This document shows positions 21,001-29,308 of a DNA stretch of 64,000 bases, one piece after another. This DNA comes from an uncultured Chlamydiae bacterium. GTDB lineage: Bacteria; Chlamydiota; Chlamydiia; Chlamydiales; JAJFMA01. Both the position numbers and the translations under genes were made by a program. Below the pieces are notes generated by a model. That model made no database searches and was not told where the DNA came from. It saw only the letters and a list, made by a program, of their open reading frames with translations. The stretch covers positions 384,001 through 448,000 of the forward strand of contig CAVQMM010000001.1 in NCBI GenBank assembly GCA_963713615.1, in the 5' to 3' direction. The first letter of the stretch is position 1, and each line of letters opens with the position of its first letter.

Positions 21001-24000
21001 GCTAGAGCAAGAGTTACTCTCTCTAGCCAATCAGCTTCCCGTAGAGGTTCTTGACGCCGTCTTATTTGAGACTGAGAAGAGTGCTCATATGCGCCAAGAG
21101 GTGACTCTTCATGATCTGATCGTCTTTACCGCCCGTTCTCAACACTTTACCCTCACCAACAAAAATCCTAGCTTGGCTGCTATAGAGCAACGGTTGTTGC
21201 AGCACTGTCTCGTTTATTTGGACGCTAGGGCCCAGCAACAACAAGTGAAGCGAGCCATTGGCCATTTTAACACTTTAGAGGGGCTCGATGAAAGCGACGA
21301 TGCGTATGGACGTGTGTCGGAACAGCTCTATCAGGAATTAACTCGAGAGGTCCCTTACAAAGTACACGAAAATCCCGAAATGCTCGTCTTTGAAGTGATG
21401 GAGGATATCGGCCTCAGAGCAGCACAAGTGGCAGATCTTAAGCGCATGCTCAATCCAAAACCAGGAGAGAATCCCAATATTATCTTAGAGAAGGTCATGG
21501 GCTCCGGTAAGACAAAAGTCTATTTACCGCTTCTCGCTCTTAACAAGGCGGATGGGGACCATCTCTCTGTAATTGTCGTTCACGCCTCGCAGTATGAAGG
21601 TGTCACAAAGGCGATGCAGGTGAGCTCTGGACAGACTTTTGCTCAAGTGGCACATCCTCTTCACTTTTCTCGCGATAGCGACACGTCTGTGAGCGGACTT
21701 AGAAAGATCCTTAAAGAGTGCGAACAGGTGCGTCAAAAGCGTCATTTCTTTGTGGTCACCGATAAAGCCATGCACAGCCTGCAATTAGCCTCAGATCAAT
21801 TGTGGGATGCCTATCTTAAGGGAGAAGGCGATGATGCTGATCTGGCCGCTCGTATCACATTGATGCGCGAGATTCTAAGCCTCTTTAAAAACAAGGGACG
21901 GGCAACTTTTGATGAGGCTGATCTGTTGCTAAACTGTCGCTTCGAAGTGGTCTATTCCCTTGGTGATGAACGCCCCATTGATCCCATTCACAGAGATATT
22001 GTAGCGGATCTCTATCAGGCCATCACACCCAAGGTGGCGAAGATTGTACCCTTTACTAAAGCAGAATATGAAAGGCTGAAGCCAGAGCTCATTGAAGCCT
22101 TTATTAAAAATTTGGTCGATGAGCAGCCTTCCAAATTGGATGATAGAATGCTTGCCAGCTATTTCCAAGGAGAAAAGGAGGGCGCTGACTACGTCGACAG
22201 CCTATCCGACCAATTGCGTCGACAGCTTGCGATTGTGCGCTACGAATTTTCCGAGCTTCTTCCAGTTGTTTTAGAGAAACGCTGTGGCGAGCACTTTGGG
22301 TATAGCCAGCGCCCAGACCAAATTCTGGCGGTGCCTTTTGTCGCTAGTGGAATTCCCAGCCTCACCTCGGAATTTTCCTTTCCCTATGCTTTAATGGATT
22401 ACACCATCCAGACACTTCAAAGCGAAGGGGTTACTCAGTCCCTGCTGAAGTCACTGATTACAAATATGCAAAGTAGCGCTGCAAAGGAAATGGCCGAAGA
22501 TCGCTCCTTGCTACTCCAACAGACAGATGGCTTTAAAAAGTTTCAAGAGCTCCTTGGGGATAGGGTTTCGCTGCCTTTTTTAAAAATTAACGATGCCGAT
22601 TTTGCAGCTCTTGCTAAAATCTATCGCGAGGATCCGCCTGATCTCTATGCATTTGCCAAAAAATTCCTCTTACCTGCTGTGACAATACATGACCGCAAAC
22701 TGACGAGCACCCCCTACACACTCGTCAATATGTTTTTCGAAACACAAGGCTTTACCGGTACTCCTTGGAATAGTGCAACGTATGCTAAGACCCTACAAAC
22801 ACTACGAGATCTCTATTCCGCAGGTAAGACGCAGGGAATCATCTGGAAAAATAGCCAAACGGTTCATTCTCTCCCATCATCAAACCTCAAAGAAACGATA
22901 GATGAAATCGCCAAAATCCATGCTAAGGGGGACTATGGTGCCTTCATTGATGTGGGGGCTCTCTTTAATGGTATTGATAATCAGCAGGTGGCTCAGGAAC
23001 TCTTAAAAACGCTTCCTCATCATATCAAAGGCGTTCTCTTCTACCAAAATAACAAACCTGTCGTTCTCAATCGAGCGGGGGTGATCATGCCTTACGAAAA
23101 GGTAGGCAAAACAGATGACCTCTACATTTTCTATGACCAATGGCACACCACTGGCACTGACTTCAAGATCGCAGGCAAGTCACTTCTATCCATTGATAAA
23201 AATACCAAAATGCGTGATCTCGAGCAGGGATATATGCGCGACCGTCAGGCAGAGAGTGCTCCTCGGGTGGAATTTATTTTATCTGGACAAGCTCGAGACT
23301 ATATTACCAAAGAATTGCAAGTGCCGGAAAACAGTGCGGTTGGTACGGCAGAGATTCTTCGTTGTATGCAGCTTAACCAAGAACGCGAGCTGGAGACGCA
23401 GATGGTGATGGCTACATTCGGCATGATTAAGGAAGCAACAGTCCATTATTTAAGGAGCCTGCTCAATGACTCAACTATTCCACCGGAGAAAATCAAAAAC
23501 AAGGCTGACATCATCTACCAATTCATAGGTGAACAGGTCAAGGAAGATCCTTATGAACAATTTGGGCGTTACCAGGAAAGCATTAGCTCACAGGATTTCT
23601 TTAAGACTATTGTTGATCAGGCCGTTGTGCACTTCAAACCCATTCTTCAAGATAATGAGCTCTGTCCCAAGGGGCTGACCGAGGTTTCCTTGCGACAGGA
23701 ACTTGAGGCATGTGTGAATCTAGCTCTATTGCCGGAAACCATGACCGCGGATGCAGATAACTCGCCGGACCAATTAGTAGAGCATCAGAACCAACAGGAG
23801 CAGCAGAACCAAAACGAGGTCCAGCAACAGCAAATGTCTCAGGTCCAAAAGGAGCTGATCGGCGATTTAGAGGGGGCTAACCGCAAAGGGGCAATTCACT
23901 GGAATTGGATGTCCTATCAACCAACCTACTCGGCAAAATTTTTCAGAACAATGTCGTTACAAGAGCTGAAGAATGAGGAACTTCCAAGTATCGATTGGGT

Positions 24001-24631
24001 TTGGTATGGACGGCCCAAGGCGGATTCTCAAGCTCCATTTTTATCTATTGCAGAGGTTTTTGCAGCGGAGCCGGGTTTAAATGAGTTTGCTGATATCTTC
24101 GATATCGAAGCCAGTTACAATTTTTTGCCCGTGGAAGGACATCGACGAGAGGGTACCAACATCGTTAATGTGCATAACACGCCGTTTGAGAAGCAGCAGC
24201 TACGCTCTCAACAGGTGTTGATTTGTAAAGACTTGCTGACTGGAAAGACGCAAGTGAGTTTGATTTCTCAAGCAGATACCGGTTTTTTCTGTGACCAGCT
24301 TAGCAAAGACAGGCAAAAAAATGACAAAAGAGAAGTGGATGTAACAGTTTATCACTACACCCTTAAAGTCCTTCAGAGCAATGATAAAGTCATTGCTGGT
24401 GAAGTTAAAGATGTCATCACTCCTGACGTGCGCCAAAAGATTGTGCAAGCCAAATTCTTCAATGGCGAAATTTCATATAGCAAGGAAGAGCAAAAATATC
24501 TCAAAGCTTGGATTACGGACAAAGGGGCAGGGCGCATGCGTAGGTTATTCGAGGAGCATATCCTCAAGTACAAAAAGGATAAATCGGAAGACTATCACAA
24601 CAGCCTTCTCCAACGTCTTCTTGCTGCCTAG
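15014..24631 (+). CDS. Giant 3205-aa protein: N-terminal cysteine-protease-like motif + DUF3638-type P-loop/SF2-helicase-like module
   Basis: GHSM..YNTG..AGICTW near the N-terminus; MGSGKT, FDEAD, GFTGT, TGTDFK and LEQGYMRDR in the C-terminal half. Paralogous to 37802..48661. Confidence 0.8.
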   Translation: MNIDYFYDNDNAFINSKQLSPASAHSGEIVSEHLERLLKAADRAMDPLMLRAGGGRRVINASVSSVLDKALECHPDLGEGLVKIVSSSLTSPSQQCRNLSDIGLYLSLLSRRAEQDEGISQEDYQLLHDLAGEIQEVTQQFFQALTPVWTSHLDKIDGIIRDELPKVSPLPPVVSVLNTQKGTPLDDKTFAHIQAEAVIQKSGLEGHAEEPVLTYLGDFLKTYEASYLTGDQEGAEITKELPALIKMIDEARNLARAAKSNQHINTKRFEEDFSQRLLNFETLLSTTVEDLKPGEKTLVPVGWTGTKSGHSMKLGIERDEEGKLDVVLYNTGSGLDSFHASLRNGNATYYQTFIRAENVSPQRLLDPLFVRALLELNVCPRDPVDQCDTKYSAKDIYALFQQGLDAKVITCEGVRDKFDLPRTAGICTWSSLLAVFHRVLSPKDYHKLNSDITFDGLCTYFQSVKSEIPVNEEKRLLLRHAAVRCGQVTLDAYSNGAISLERLQVIQATLRELEQVLETVEGKVTSEATGALMELHFQCVESPVPHGAIIRPWELVDLTNESVSPDFSVPAGLPLVTFNLDWVNDQVQITDGLLRLEEHVRSCFEAKDSRSGIENLNQFFSCLAQPNAEDLWRKIPLQQKTQTMVHLADLSELLFDAYLAQPSSNRTFTTYAHYANALMIVLGEDHPDVDLFYKYVNRVFYLNKTRSSSHFGSLLDDQNLYSSNERLLQNKALNIFYRDSVKDRLNLIKFDQKEYRIPSRSINAYQYCDLEYIQILLERNPEIEEKLRGRYPRFESELALPDWKVALALADWQGEILPPEFCAARRQALIASSLLEGKALDSKKGETFRSEIIKRHDGGPSLVFTSPPTERPLPFRDFKSDRLFDEVCQIRKRQNQVIRQNGASFFNFESEADVMLKPLNEWERSLELILTQGDRNAEEQYLEQQVTKTVAYFSEHLAELADHDTRMLCRLLIFECDYIETLLRLNPALGNVLSQFVNSGLEYYLASDDVEGAMFFVEMGRTLDTIASSRDVKMKLPDFRLLLLDLLKVERSAEERTLLYQQVVASYVSHPPQDLNSTDITRLIIGMLHGRIFPHGDAKETDHLLEEMKRSQMIWHKQISTMMQSGAGAQICNAIVGAFDPFAGKKQWDLSQYPQCRSTDGVYILDVDSLQLLENRQSLSGLPVAILEDKNFQHYFSKKNYACHVLNDGQYEFTDQRGILTRAGPITDRDRSMVIRQQFEGHWYELTNLLRLEVATPYVALLPKDFRGLCDQSSVWISIEKGVEPHVLLKNSQHDTTHRVDLKEVSPKLTEEERQRFYQFLVDTDVRSAPIRQKILSEDKGFLNQYLELDGNDAKKLAERIGLAKSPPSRSKIVNFFSKPSPAINTPPLEGPALFEFMDSCPESFELSLCHRILQLRSLHDKLEVDTCCKQIDAKTSWRLVDLKNAPETTLKHLFGEGMLWRDGNDNLTELELPSLGVTFKMVREASGDWRADSVEYPGYRLASNQHYRGLAAVNGAVVLENRFGKRKLVLPYGEVRNQKPGSLNSTITIKVSSDPTNRSIAIDLDASSRPAASNREQQLYLANVLLGQKKYHQAQALLRASYSPIIPYTNEELDRLEAISRHLSLSKDQSPHAIAVALTAMALIGSGPDPRSPIDASQRDQVQEALEQLTQNFRDYWQQTGRVPDLQLSDEEAINFLHGLLRTMNKYAKGTDKTDIQSAIESWIETLEDSAKEAKLPPLDHARSTMGNITVQELKRVLNSGNKPKSALITRPGAHFKAQFLELYQTAFDDSVKLEILLAGAENDPRVPFELVGLLRAVSRAKAEPTENAEAFDRLLAEANRVNASWDEKQQETVELTNSLPTHYRRDREAQIIGVVSNPIAALAIQPLPNRPPILTSVQLGEAFITVDNGGLHLSEQEIQQLQTAIGSDTPSANAAELGANIKSYWSLPEHQADWHKLDNSTLIDMSTNRMVDRSEKTKTLLQVTSAEMGKRVGLLEQELLSLANQLPVEVLDAVLFETEKSAHMRQEVTLHDLIVFTARSQHFTLTNKNPSLAAIEQRLLQHCLVYLDARAQQQQVKRAIGHFNTLEGLDESDDAYGRVSEQLYQELTREVPYKVHENPEMLVFEVMEDIGLRAAQVADLKRMLNPKPGENPNIILEKVMGSGKTKVYLPLLALNKADGDHLSVIVVHASQYEGVTKAMQVSSGQTFAQVAHPLHFSRDSDTSVSGLRKILKECEQVRQKRHFFVVTDKAMHSLQLASDQLWDAYLKGEGDDADLAARITLMREILSLFKNKGRATFDEADLLLNCRFEVVYSLGDERPIDPIHRDIVADLYQAITPKVAKIVPFTKAEYERLKPELIEAFIKNLVDEQPSKLDDRMLASYFQGEKEGADYVDSLSDQLRRQLAIVRYEFSELLPVVLEKRCGEHFGYSQRPDQILAVPFVASGIPSLTSEFSFPYALMDYTIQTLQSEGVTQSLLKSLITNMQSSAAKEMAEDRSLLLQQTDGFKKFQELLGDRVSLPFLKINDADFAALAKIYREDPPDLYAFAKKFLLPAVTIHDRKLTSTPYTLVNMFFETQGFTGTPWNSATYAKTLQTLRDLYSAGKTQGIIWKNSQTVHSLPSSNLKETIDEIAKIHAKGDYGAFIDVGALFNGIDNQQVAQELLKTLPHHIKGVLFYQNNKPVVLNRAGVIMPYEKVGKTDDLYIFYDQWHTTGTDFKIAGKSLLSIDKNTKMRDLEQGYMRDRQAESAPRVEFILSGQARDYITKELQVPENSAVGTAEILRCMQLNQERELETQMVMATFGMIKEATVHYLRSLLNDSTIPPEKIKNKADIIYQFIGEQVKEDPYEQFGRYQESISSQDFFKTIVDQAVVHFKPILQDNELCPKGLTEVSLRQELEACVNLALLPETMTADADNSPDQLVEHQNQQEQQNQNEVQQQQMSQVQKELIGDLEGANRKGAIHWNWMSYQPTYSAKFFRTMSLQELKNEELPSIDWVWYGRPKADSQAPFLSIAEVFAAEPGLNEFADIFDIEASYNFLPVEGHRREGTNIVNVHNTPFEKQQLRSQQVLICKDLLTGKTQVSLISQADTGFFCDQLSKDRQKNDKREVDVTVYHYTLKVLQSNDKVIAGEVKDVITPDVRQKIVQAKFFNGEISYSKEEQKYLKAWITDKGAGRMRRLFEEHILKYKKDKSEDYHNSLLQRLLAA

Positions 24632-24667
24632 CATTGTGTAATACGTTAAAAAGGCCCCCACGAACCG

Positions 24668-26377
24668 CTACTGGATGGCGCGGATGAGCAAGCCCGCCAG
24701 AGGACAGCGGTTTTTGGGATTCCCATCTTTAATCAGACTAAGAAGGACTTCAATCCCATGGTCGTCTTGGCGAGAAGCTAATGTTTCTACTGAGGTAAGG
24801 AAAAGCCGCGATGTCTCCTCCGGAGTGAGCAGATGGAGGTCTCCGGGTTCACGCATATCCCAGGGAACTATAGGGCGAAACTTGATCAGGTCGATATTGG
24901 ATTCGGAACAGACCCAGTTTTTTAGGGTGTCGGCATAAGGGCCCTCGGCACCCAAGCGAAACAGCACCAGGTTGCAGTAATTTCGTACTAGGGGAGCTCC
25001 AATTTTCTGATAGTGTTTTTTAAGAATGGCTACGGCTCCATCACTACCGAGGTTTTCGAGGAGTTGCGCCGTCGCTGGGACTAGATCATTTTGTTGCTGG
25101 GCCAGGATAGCATCGGCTAGATTTAAAAAATCCGTTTCCGGTAGTTCAAGGGCTAGAGACAATGCGGCTTCACGCATTTTCATCGACAGCTCTAACGCTA
25201 TGGGCACCGCCTCGGTGGGTAGGCTAGCGAGGGGGATTCCTTTCCAAGCCGAAAGGACCTTTCCATGTGAGCTAAAGCGTGCATAGGCGCAATCGCTGTT
25301 AAGGCTGATCAAAAAGCGTCGTAAAGTCGGTAAGCAGCGTGCATCCCGCAATTGAAGCAGGCTTAAGGTGGCATTGAGTTGAATCTGGGGGTTGCTATGC
25401 TTGCATAGATTGGCTAGGAGGTCCTCGCTACCCTCAATCTCCCCTAAAGAGGCTATTGCTAGTAGGTAACCCTCGTGAGCCATTTGCTGGATGTGCTTGG
25501 CATATTCTTGCCGTCCGAGTTTGTACAGAGAAAGACACGCCGCTAGGCTCACAGGAGCCACTTTGGAACAAGCCAGTATTTGCAATTTATCAATGGAGCC
25601 TTCGTCACCTAACTTTCCCAAAGCTAGCGCGCAGGCCTCCTGCTGGCTAGCGTCGAGATGTGTCACCAGCTGCCGTATTTGAGGGATGAGGTCGTCACGC
25701 CCATGTTCTGCTGTAGCGACGATAGCCGCAAGGCGTACCATGGCATCGCAATTATTCATAAGACGTCTGAGCTGTCTAATGGAACGAGCATCGCCAATGG
25801 TAGCAAAGATCTCGGCGAAGATAAACCAGGTAGCAGGTGGAAGCTTAACCATGAGGGCCTCAGCTTGTCCTACGGCGGAGGGATGCTTCTTTTGTGCCAG
25901 CAGGTAGATGGCTTGCAAGCGAATTAAGATGTCCTCACAATTGATGGCTCGGTTGACCAATGCATCGGCAAAATCGGTCTGCCGTTGCGCTAAAAGGTTG
26001 ATGCTAGCCAAGCGAATCTGCGGATTTCGGCTGCAAAGGCCTTGTACGATCACATGTGTGGCGCTATCGTGAGCCGCCACACCGGCTCCAAAAATCGCCA
26101 GGAGCTGTGTTTCTGGACAGTCTGTCGTAGCCCCAACATCGAGCAGTAACAGCCCCATTTGTTGCAGAAGATCGTGATCTGGACGACCGATGGCCCCTGT
26201 ATAGCGCTCGTATAGGTCAATGGCGTCGGCAACCTGTCCACGGCGTAGCAGGAACAGCACGCGTGAGGGCATGCTTTTGGTGTCAACTTTCGAGCAAGGA
26301 GGAGCGGCAGCTGTACCTGGAATATTTGCCAGGCAGCAAAATGAGACTAAAGCCACGCTGTAGAGGCTATGGCGCAT
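24668..26377 (-). CDS. HEAT-repeat protein with a signal peptide
   Basis: Repeated VRLAA/ACALALGKLG helical motifs. The maf-adjacent arrangement resembles that in Chlamydia. Confidence 0.8.
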   Translation of the reverse strand: MRHSLYSVALVSFCCLANIPGTAAAPPCSKVDTKSMPSRVLFLLRRGQVADAIDLYERYTGAIGRPDHDLLQQMGLLLLDVGATTDCPETQLLAIFGAGVAAHDSATHVIVQGLCSRNPQIRLASINLLAQRQTDFADALVNRAINCEDILIRLQAIYLLAQKKHPSAVGQAEALMVKLPPATWFIFAEIFATIGDARSIRQLRRLMNNCDAMVRLAAIVATAEHGRDDLIPQIRQLVTHLDASQQEACALALGKLGDEGSIDKLQILACSKVAPVSLAACLSLYKLGRQEYAKHIQQMAHEGYLLAIASLGEIEGSEDLLANLCKHSNPQIQLNATLSLLQLRDARCLPTLRRFLISLNSDCAYARFSSHGKVLSAWKGIPLASLPTEAVPIALELSMKMREAALSLALELPETDFLNLADAILAQQQNDLVPATAQLLENLGSDGAVAILKKHYQKIGAPLVRNYCNLVLFRLGAEGPYADTLKNWVCSESNIDLIKFRPIVPWDMREPGDLHLLTPEETSRLFLTSVETLASRQDDHGIEVLLSLIKDGNPKNRCPLAGLLIRAIQ

Positions 26378-26386
26378 GAATAAACC

Positions 26387-26974
26387 TTAAGTCTTATCGA
26401 TGAAGTCCCAGAGATCAATATTAATTCTCTGTAGCAAGGAACATAGTGTTTTGATGGGCAGGCCCATGCAGTTATAATAGCAACCCTCGATACGGTTTAC
26501 AATGATGCCACCCGACATCTGACAAGAGTAGGATCCTGCCTTATCAAGGCAATGTGCATTCATACAGTATTTTCTGAGCTGCTCATCACTGGCGTGGTGC
26601 ATCTGAACTCTGCTTTCCTCACAAGATGAGAACTCTTCTGTTGGCGTTTTTAGTGTGACTGCCGTAAAGACACTATGCCACTTGCCCGCGAGTTCCTTGA
26701 GGAATGAAAAGCTCTCAGCTTCGTCAGATGGCTTGCCATAGACTTTTCCATCGCAATACACCACTGTATCGGCCGTTAAGAGAGTTCCATGGGGAAATTC
26801 AGGTTGCAACGCTCTTGCCTTGCCCATGGCGATCTCCATGGCAAAAGCTTCTGGGTCTCCCTTAAACGCGACCGTTTCTTCATCGAATGGAGGAGATGCT
26901 ACCGTAAAGGGAAGTTTGAAAAAACCAAGAATTTCACGTCTGCGAGGTGACTGTGAGCCTAGGATGAGGGTCAT
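26387..26974 (-). CDS. maf: Maf family nucleoside triphosphate pyrophosphatase
   Basis: ILGSQSPRRREIL, TADTVV, GKP, DKAGSY and GCYYNCMGLP. Confidence 0.95.
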   Translation of the reverse strand: MTLILGSQSPRRREILGFFKLPFTVASPPFDEETVAFKGDPEAFAMEIAMGKARALQPEFPHGTLLTADTVVYCDGKVYGKPSDEAESFSFLKELAGKWHSVFTAVTLKTPTEEFSSCEESRVQMHHASDEQLRKYCMNAHCLDKAGSYSCQMSGGIIVNRIEGCYYNCMGLPIKTLCSLLQRINIDLWDFIDKT

Positions 26975-26981
26975 GATATAC

Positions 26982-27302
26982 CTATGTCACTAAAGTTATC
27001 GGTAGCACATAAATAGGAATGGAATGAGATTTGAGTTGCGGACAAAGGACGTGTAGACGACTGCGTATAGCCATTTCTTTGGTGCGTAGGTCATCCAAGG
27101 GGACTTGATTGCAGTGAATAAAAATGCCCAAGTAGTCCTTGCCATGAAAATGTTGTTCCCGCAGCTCGGCTTCATCTGATGCAGCGGTGATCTTCGCTTG
27201 TTGCCAGGCAGAACTGTGGTTCAGGGCAATGCGCACATCAGGACTCAGTACGCAGCCCACAAAAAACTTGGTGGTAACTTTCGAAAGAAGATTCGTATCC
27301 AT
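26982..27302 (-). CDS. Hypothetical protein, first gene of the maf operon
   Basis: 106-aa ORF co-oriented with maf and 7 bp from it. Confidence 0.7.
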   Translation of the reverse strand: MDTNLLSKVTTKFFVGCVLSPDVRIALNHSSAWQQAKITAASDEAELREQHFHGKDYLGIFIHCNQVPLDDLRTKEMAIRSRLHVLCPQLKSHSIPIYVLPITLVT

Positions 27303-27354
27303 AAGGACTCAACCATACCACATTGCACGCGCATGATCAAGAATGCAGTACACC

Positions 27355-27512
27355 TTTAGGAGTAACACGGATGCACACGGATCTAGGAGGATTTAGGAGT
27401 AACACGGATGCATGTGTGCATCCGTGTTGCTTCTAAAAAGCTGAACGAACCGTATTTGCCATCCTATCCTCCTAAATCCTCCTAGATCCGTGTGCATCCG
27501 TGTTAATCCTAA
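27355..27512. repeat. REP-like repeat family B (TAGGAGTAACACGGATGCACACGGATCTAGGAGGA), direct and inverted copies
   Basis: Tandem units at 27355 and 27392; inverted units at 27417-27437 and 27460-27512. Recurs at 31724-31864 and 32140-32190. Confidence 0.85.
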
Positions 27513-27516
27513 AAGG

Positions 27517-27676
27517 GGCCTTATTCACCTTTGCGGTCAGTTTTCGGTCGACTGCAAAAGGATCGTCTGTAGCGTTTTGCTCCTCGGACATAGCTGGCGC
27601 TATGCCCTCGTCACAAACCACGACATCCGACCTTTTTCGTCCGACCGAAATTCTGACCGTAAAGGTGAACAAGGCC
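27517..27676. mobile_element. 160-bp palindromic MITE, copy 3 (opposite orientation, intergenic)
   Basis: TSD CTAAAAGG at 27509-27516 and 27677-27684. Confidence 0.95.
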
Positions 27677-27792
27677 CTAAAAGGCGACACAAACCGTTCT
27701 ATCTCTAGTTTTTTTATAATTATTGTGTAATATTTATAATTATTGTAAAATACTGATTTAGTTTAATATATTTTGTAACGGAGTTTTATATT

Positions 27793-29172
27793 ATGTTTAG
27801 AAAATCGTATGTTCTTTTTATTTTGGCGGCTTTTAGCTTTACAGGACTTCAAGCTGACACCTTTCCATACCCAGCGGAAGAGCTTTCTCGCAGTTATTCC
27901 GATTCTGAATTAGCTATATTGGATGGCAAAACCGAAATTGGAAATGTTCATTTCTCAAAGTCTGTCATCTCTAGATTTGGGAAGTCTATCAGCTCAGACT
28001 CCCTTGGAAAATTTATGAACCTAGGCTCTTTGACTAGCGACCAACAAAAATTCGTTCAAGACATTGTTAAGGGAAATTCAAAAGAGGTAAAAAAAGCCCT
28101 CCAAGGGAATGTTGATGTTGATTTCATCGTTAGTGATTCTCCTTATCTCCCTGGTATGACGCCTGTTGAGATTTGCCACGAGTACACATCAAAAAATTGC
28201 GACTTGCTCTTGTCAAAAGGGATTAGTAAGCACCAGTTCTATCTTAGAGCATTGGCTAACGTTTGGGAATACCAGGATGCAGCTGAATACCTTGGTTGGG
28301 CAATCGGTGGCTTGTTAGGATGGAGCGATTTAGAATCTGCTCATATCTTGAGTCGTTCTCTAAAGCTATTTACAGGCAATGACAAAAGCAATCTACAAGA
28401 AGGCAAGAGGTTGATTGGTGCCCTTAAAAATGCAGATCTCAAGGATAACCTTGATTATAAACAGGATCCTTCTAGCCTTTTAGCTCGATACCAATCAGGA
28501 CAACCAATCATATTTAAGAGCGGATATGATGATGGTTATGTTGGTCATTCAATAGCGTTTATTTTGTATAAGGACTATTTGATTATCGGGAACCGAGGGG
28601 CAGATCATCATCCTGACTACCCTAGCGTTATCTATATAATTAATTCGGATAAAGTAGATGAGATCATTATAGAGACCATCCAAGGCTTAAGCTGGAAGTC
28701 ATCCCATAACTTCGTGTCTTTTCAGAATGCTCTCCCCCGCATCTTAGGCGCCAAGGTAAGCACCATGAGCGACAGTGTACGAGAGATCTATCGAGGTAAC
28801 CAATGGCAAAAATTGGAAAATTGCACTTGGTCTAGCCTAGAAGCCGCCACGATCGGTTTGTGGACAGTGTTCGATTGGGAGCAATCTAAAGATCTGAGCA
28901 ATACTATAGATACTCTTCGTATGTGGAGAGAGTTTACCAAGCTTCAGCTACTAAAAGACTACATCGATTCCTATAAGGAAGACATGAATGGGCTTTGTCT
29001 TGAACATCTTAGAATGCTTATCAAAAAGGCCGGGACTTTAACCACATTTCCAGAGCTGGTTTTGCAGATCGAATTAGATGGAAGAGAGCTTCTGGCGAAG
29101 GCTATGTACCTCTATGACCATCAGAATTATAGGGATGACGCCGCCACTTCAAAGATAAAGAAGACGTATTAA
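27793..29172 (+). CDS. Secreted protein with an ankyrin-like segment and a cysteine-protease-like domain (AnkH/LegA3-like motif order)
   Basis: Signal peptide; GHSIAF..GNRG..QKLENCTWSSLEA. Confidence 0.65.
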   Translation: MFRKSYVLFILAAFSFTGLQADTFPYPAEELSRSYSDSELAILDGKTEIGNVHFSKSVISRFGKSISSDSLGKFMNLGSLTSDQQKFVQDIVKGNSKEVKKALQGNVDVDFIVSDSPYLPGMTPVEICHEYTSKNCDLLLSKGISKHQFYLRALANVWEYQDAAEYLGWAIGGLLGWSDLESAHILSRSLKLFTGNDKSNLQEGKRLIGALKNADLKDNLDYKQDPSSLLARYQSGQPIIFKSGYDDGYVGHSIAFILYKDYLIIGNRGADHHPDYPSVIYIINSDKVDEIIIETIQGLSWKSSHNFVSFQNALPRILGAKVSTMSDSVREIYRGNQWQKLENCTWSSLEAATIGLWTVFDWEQSKDLSNTIDTLRMWREFTKLQLLKDYIDSYKEDMNGLCLEHLRMLIKKAGTLTTFPELVLQIELDGRELLAKAMYLYDHQNYRDDAATSKIKKTY

Positions 29173-29308
29173 TTTTATTTAGATTTGCGTAATTTCAATA
29201 CAAGCTTGATAGGTAATATAAATAGCATTTTTGTATTGAATGAAATCCATGTAATTTGTATAATGAGGTTTTTGTTTATTAATTATTATATGATTAGGTT
29301 TTAATTTT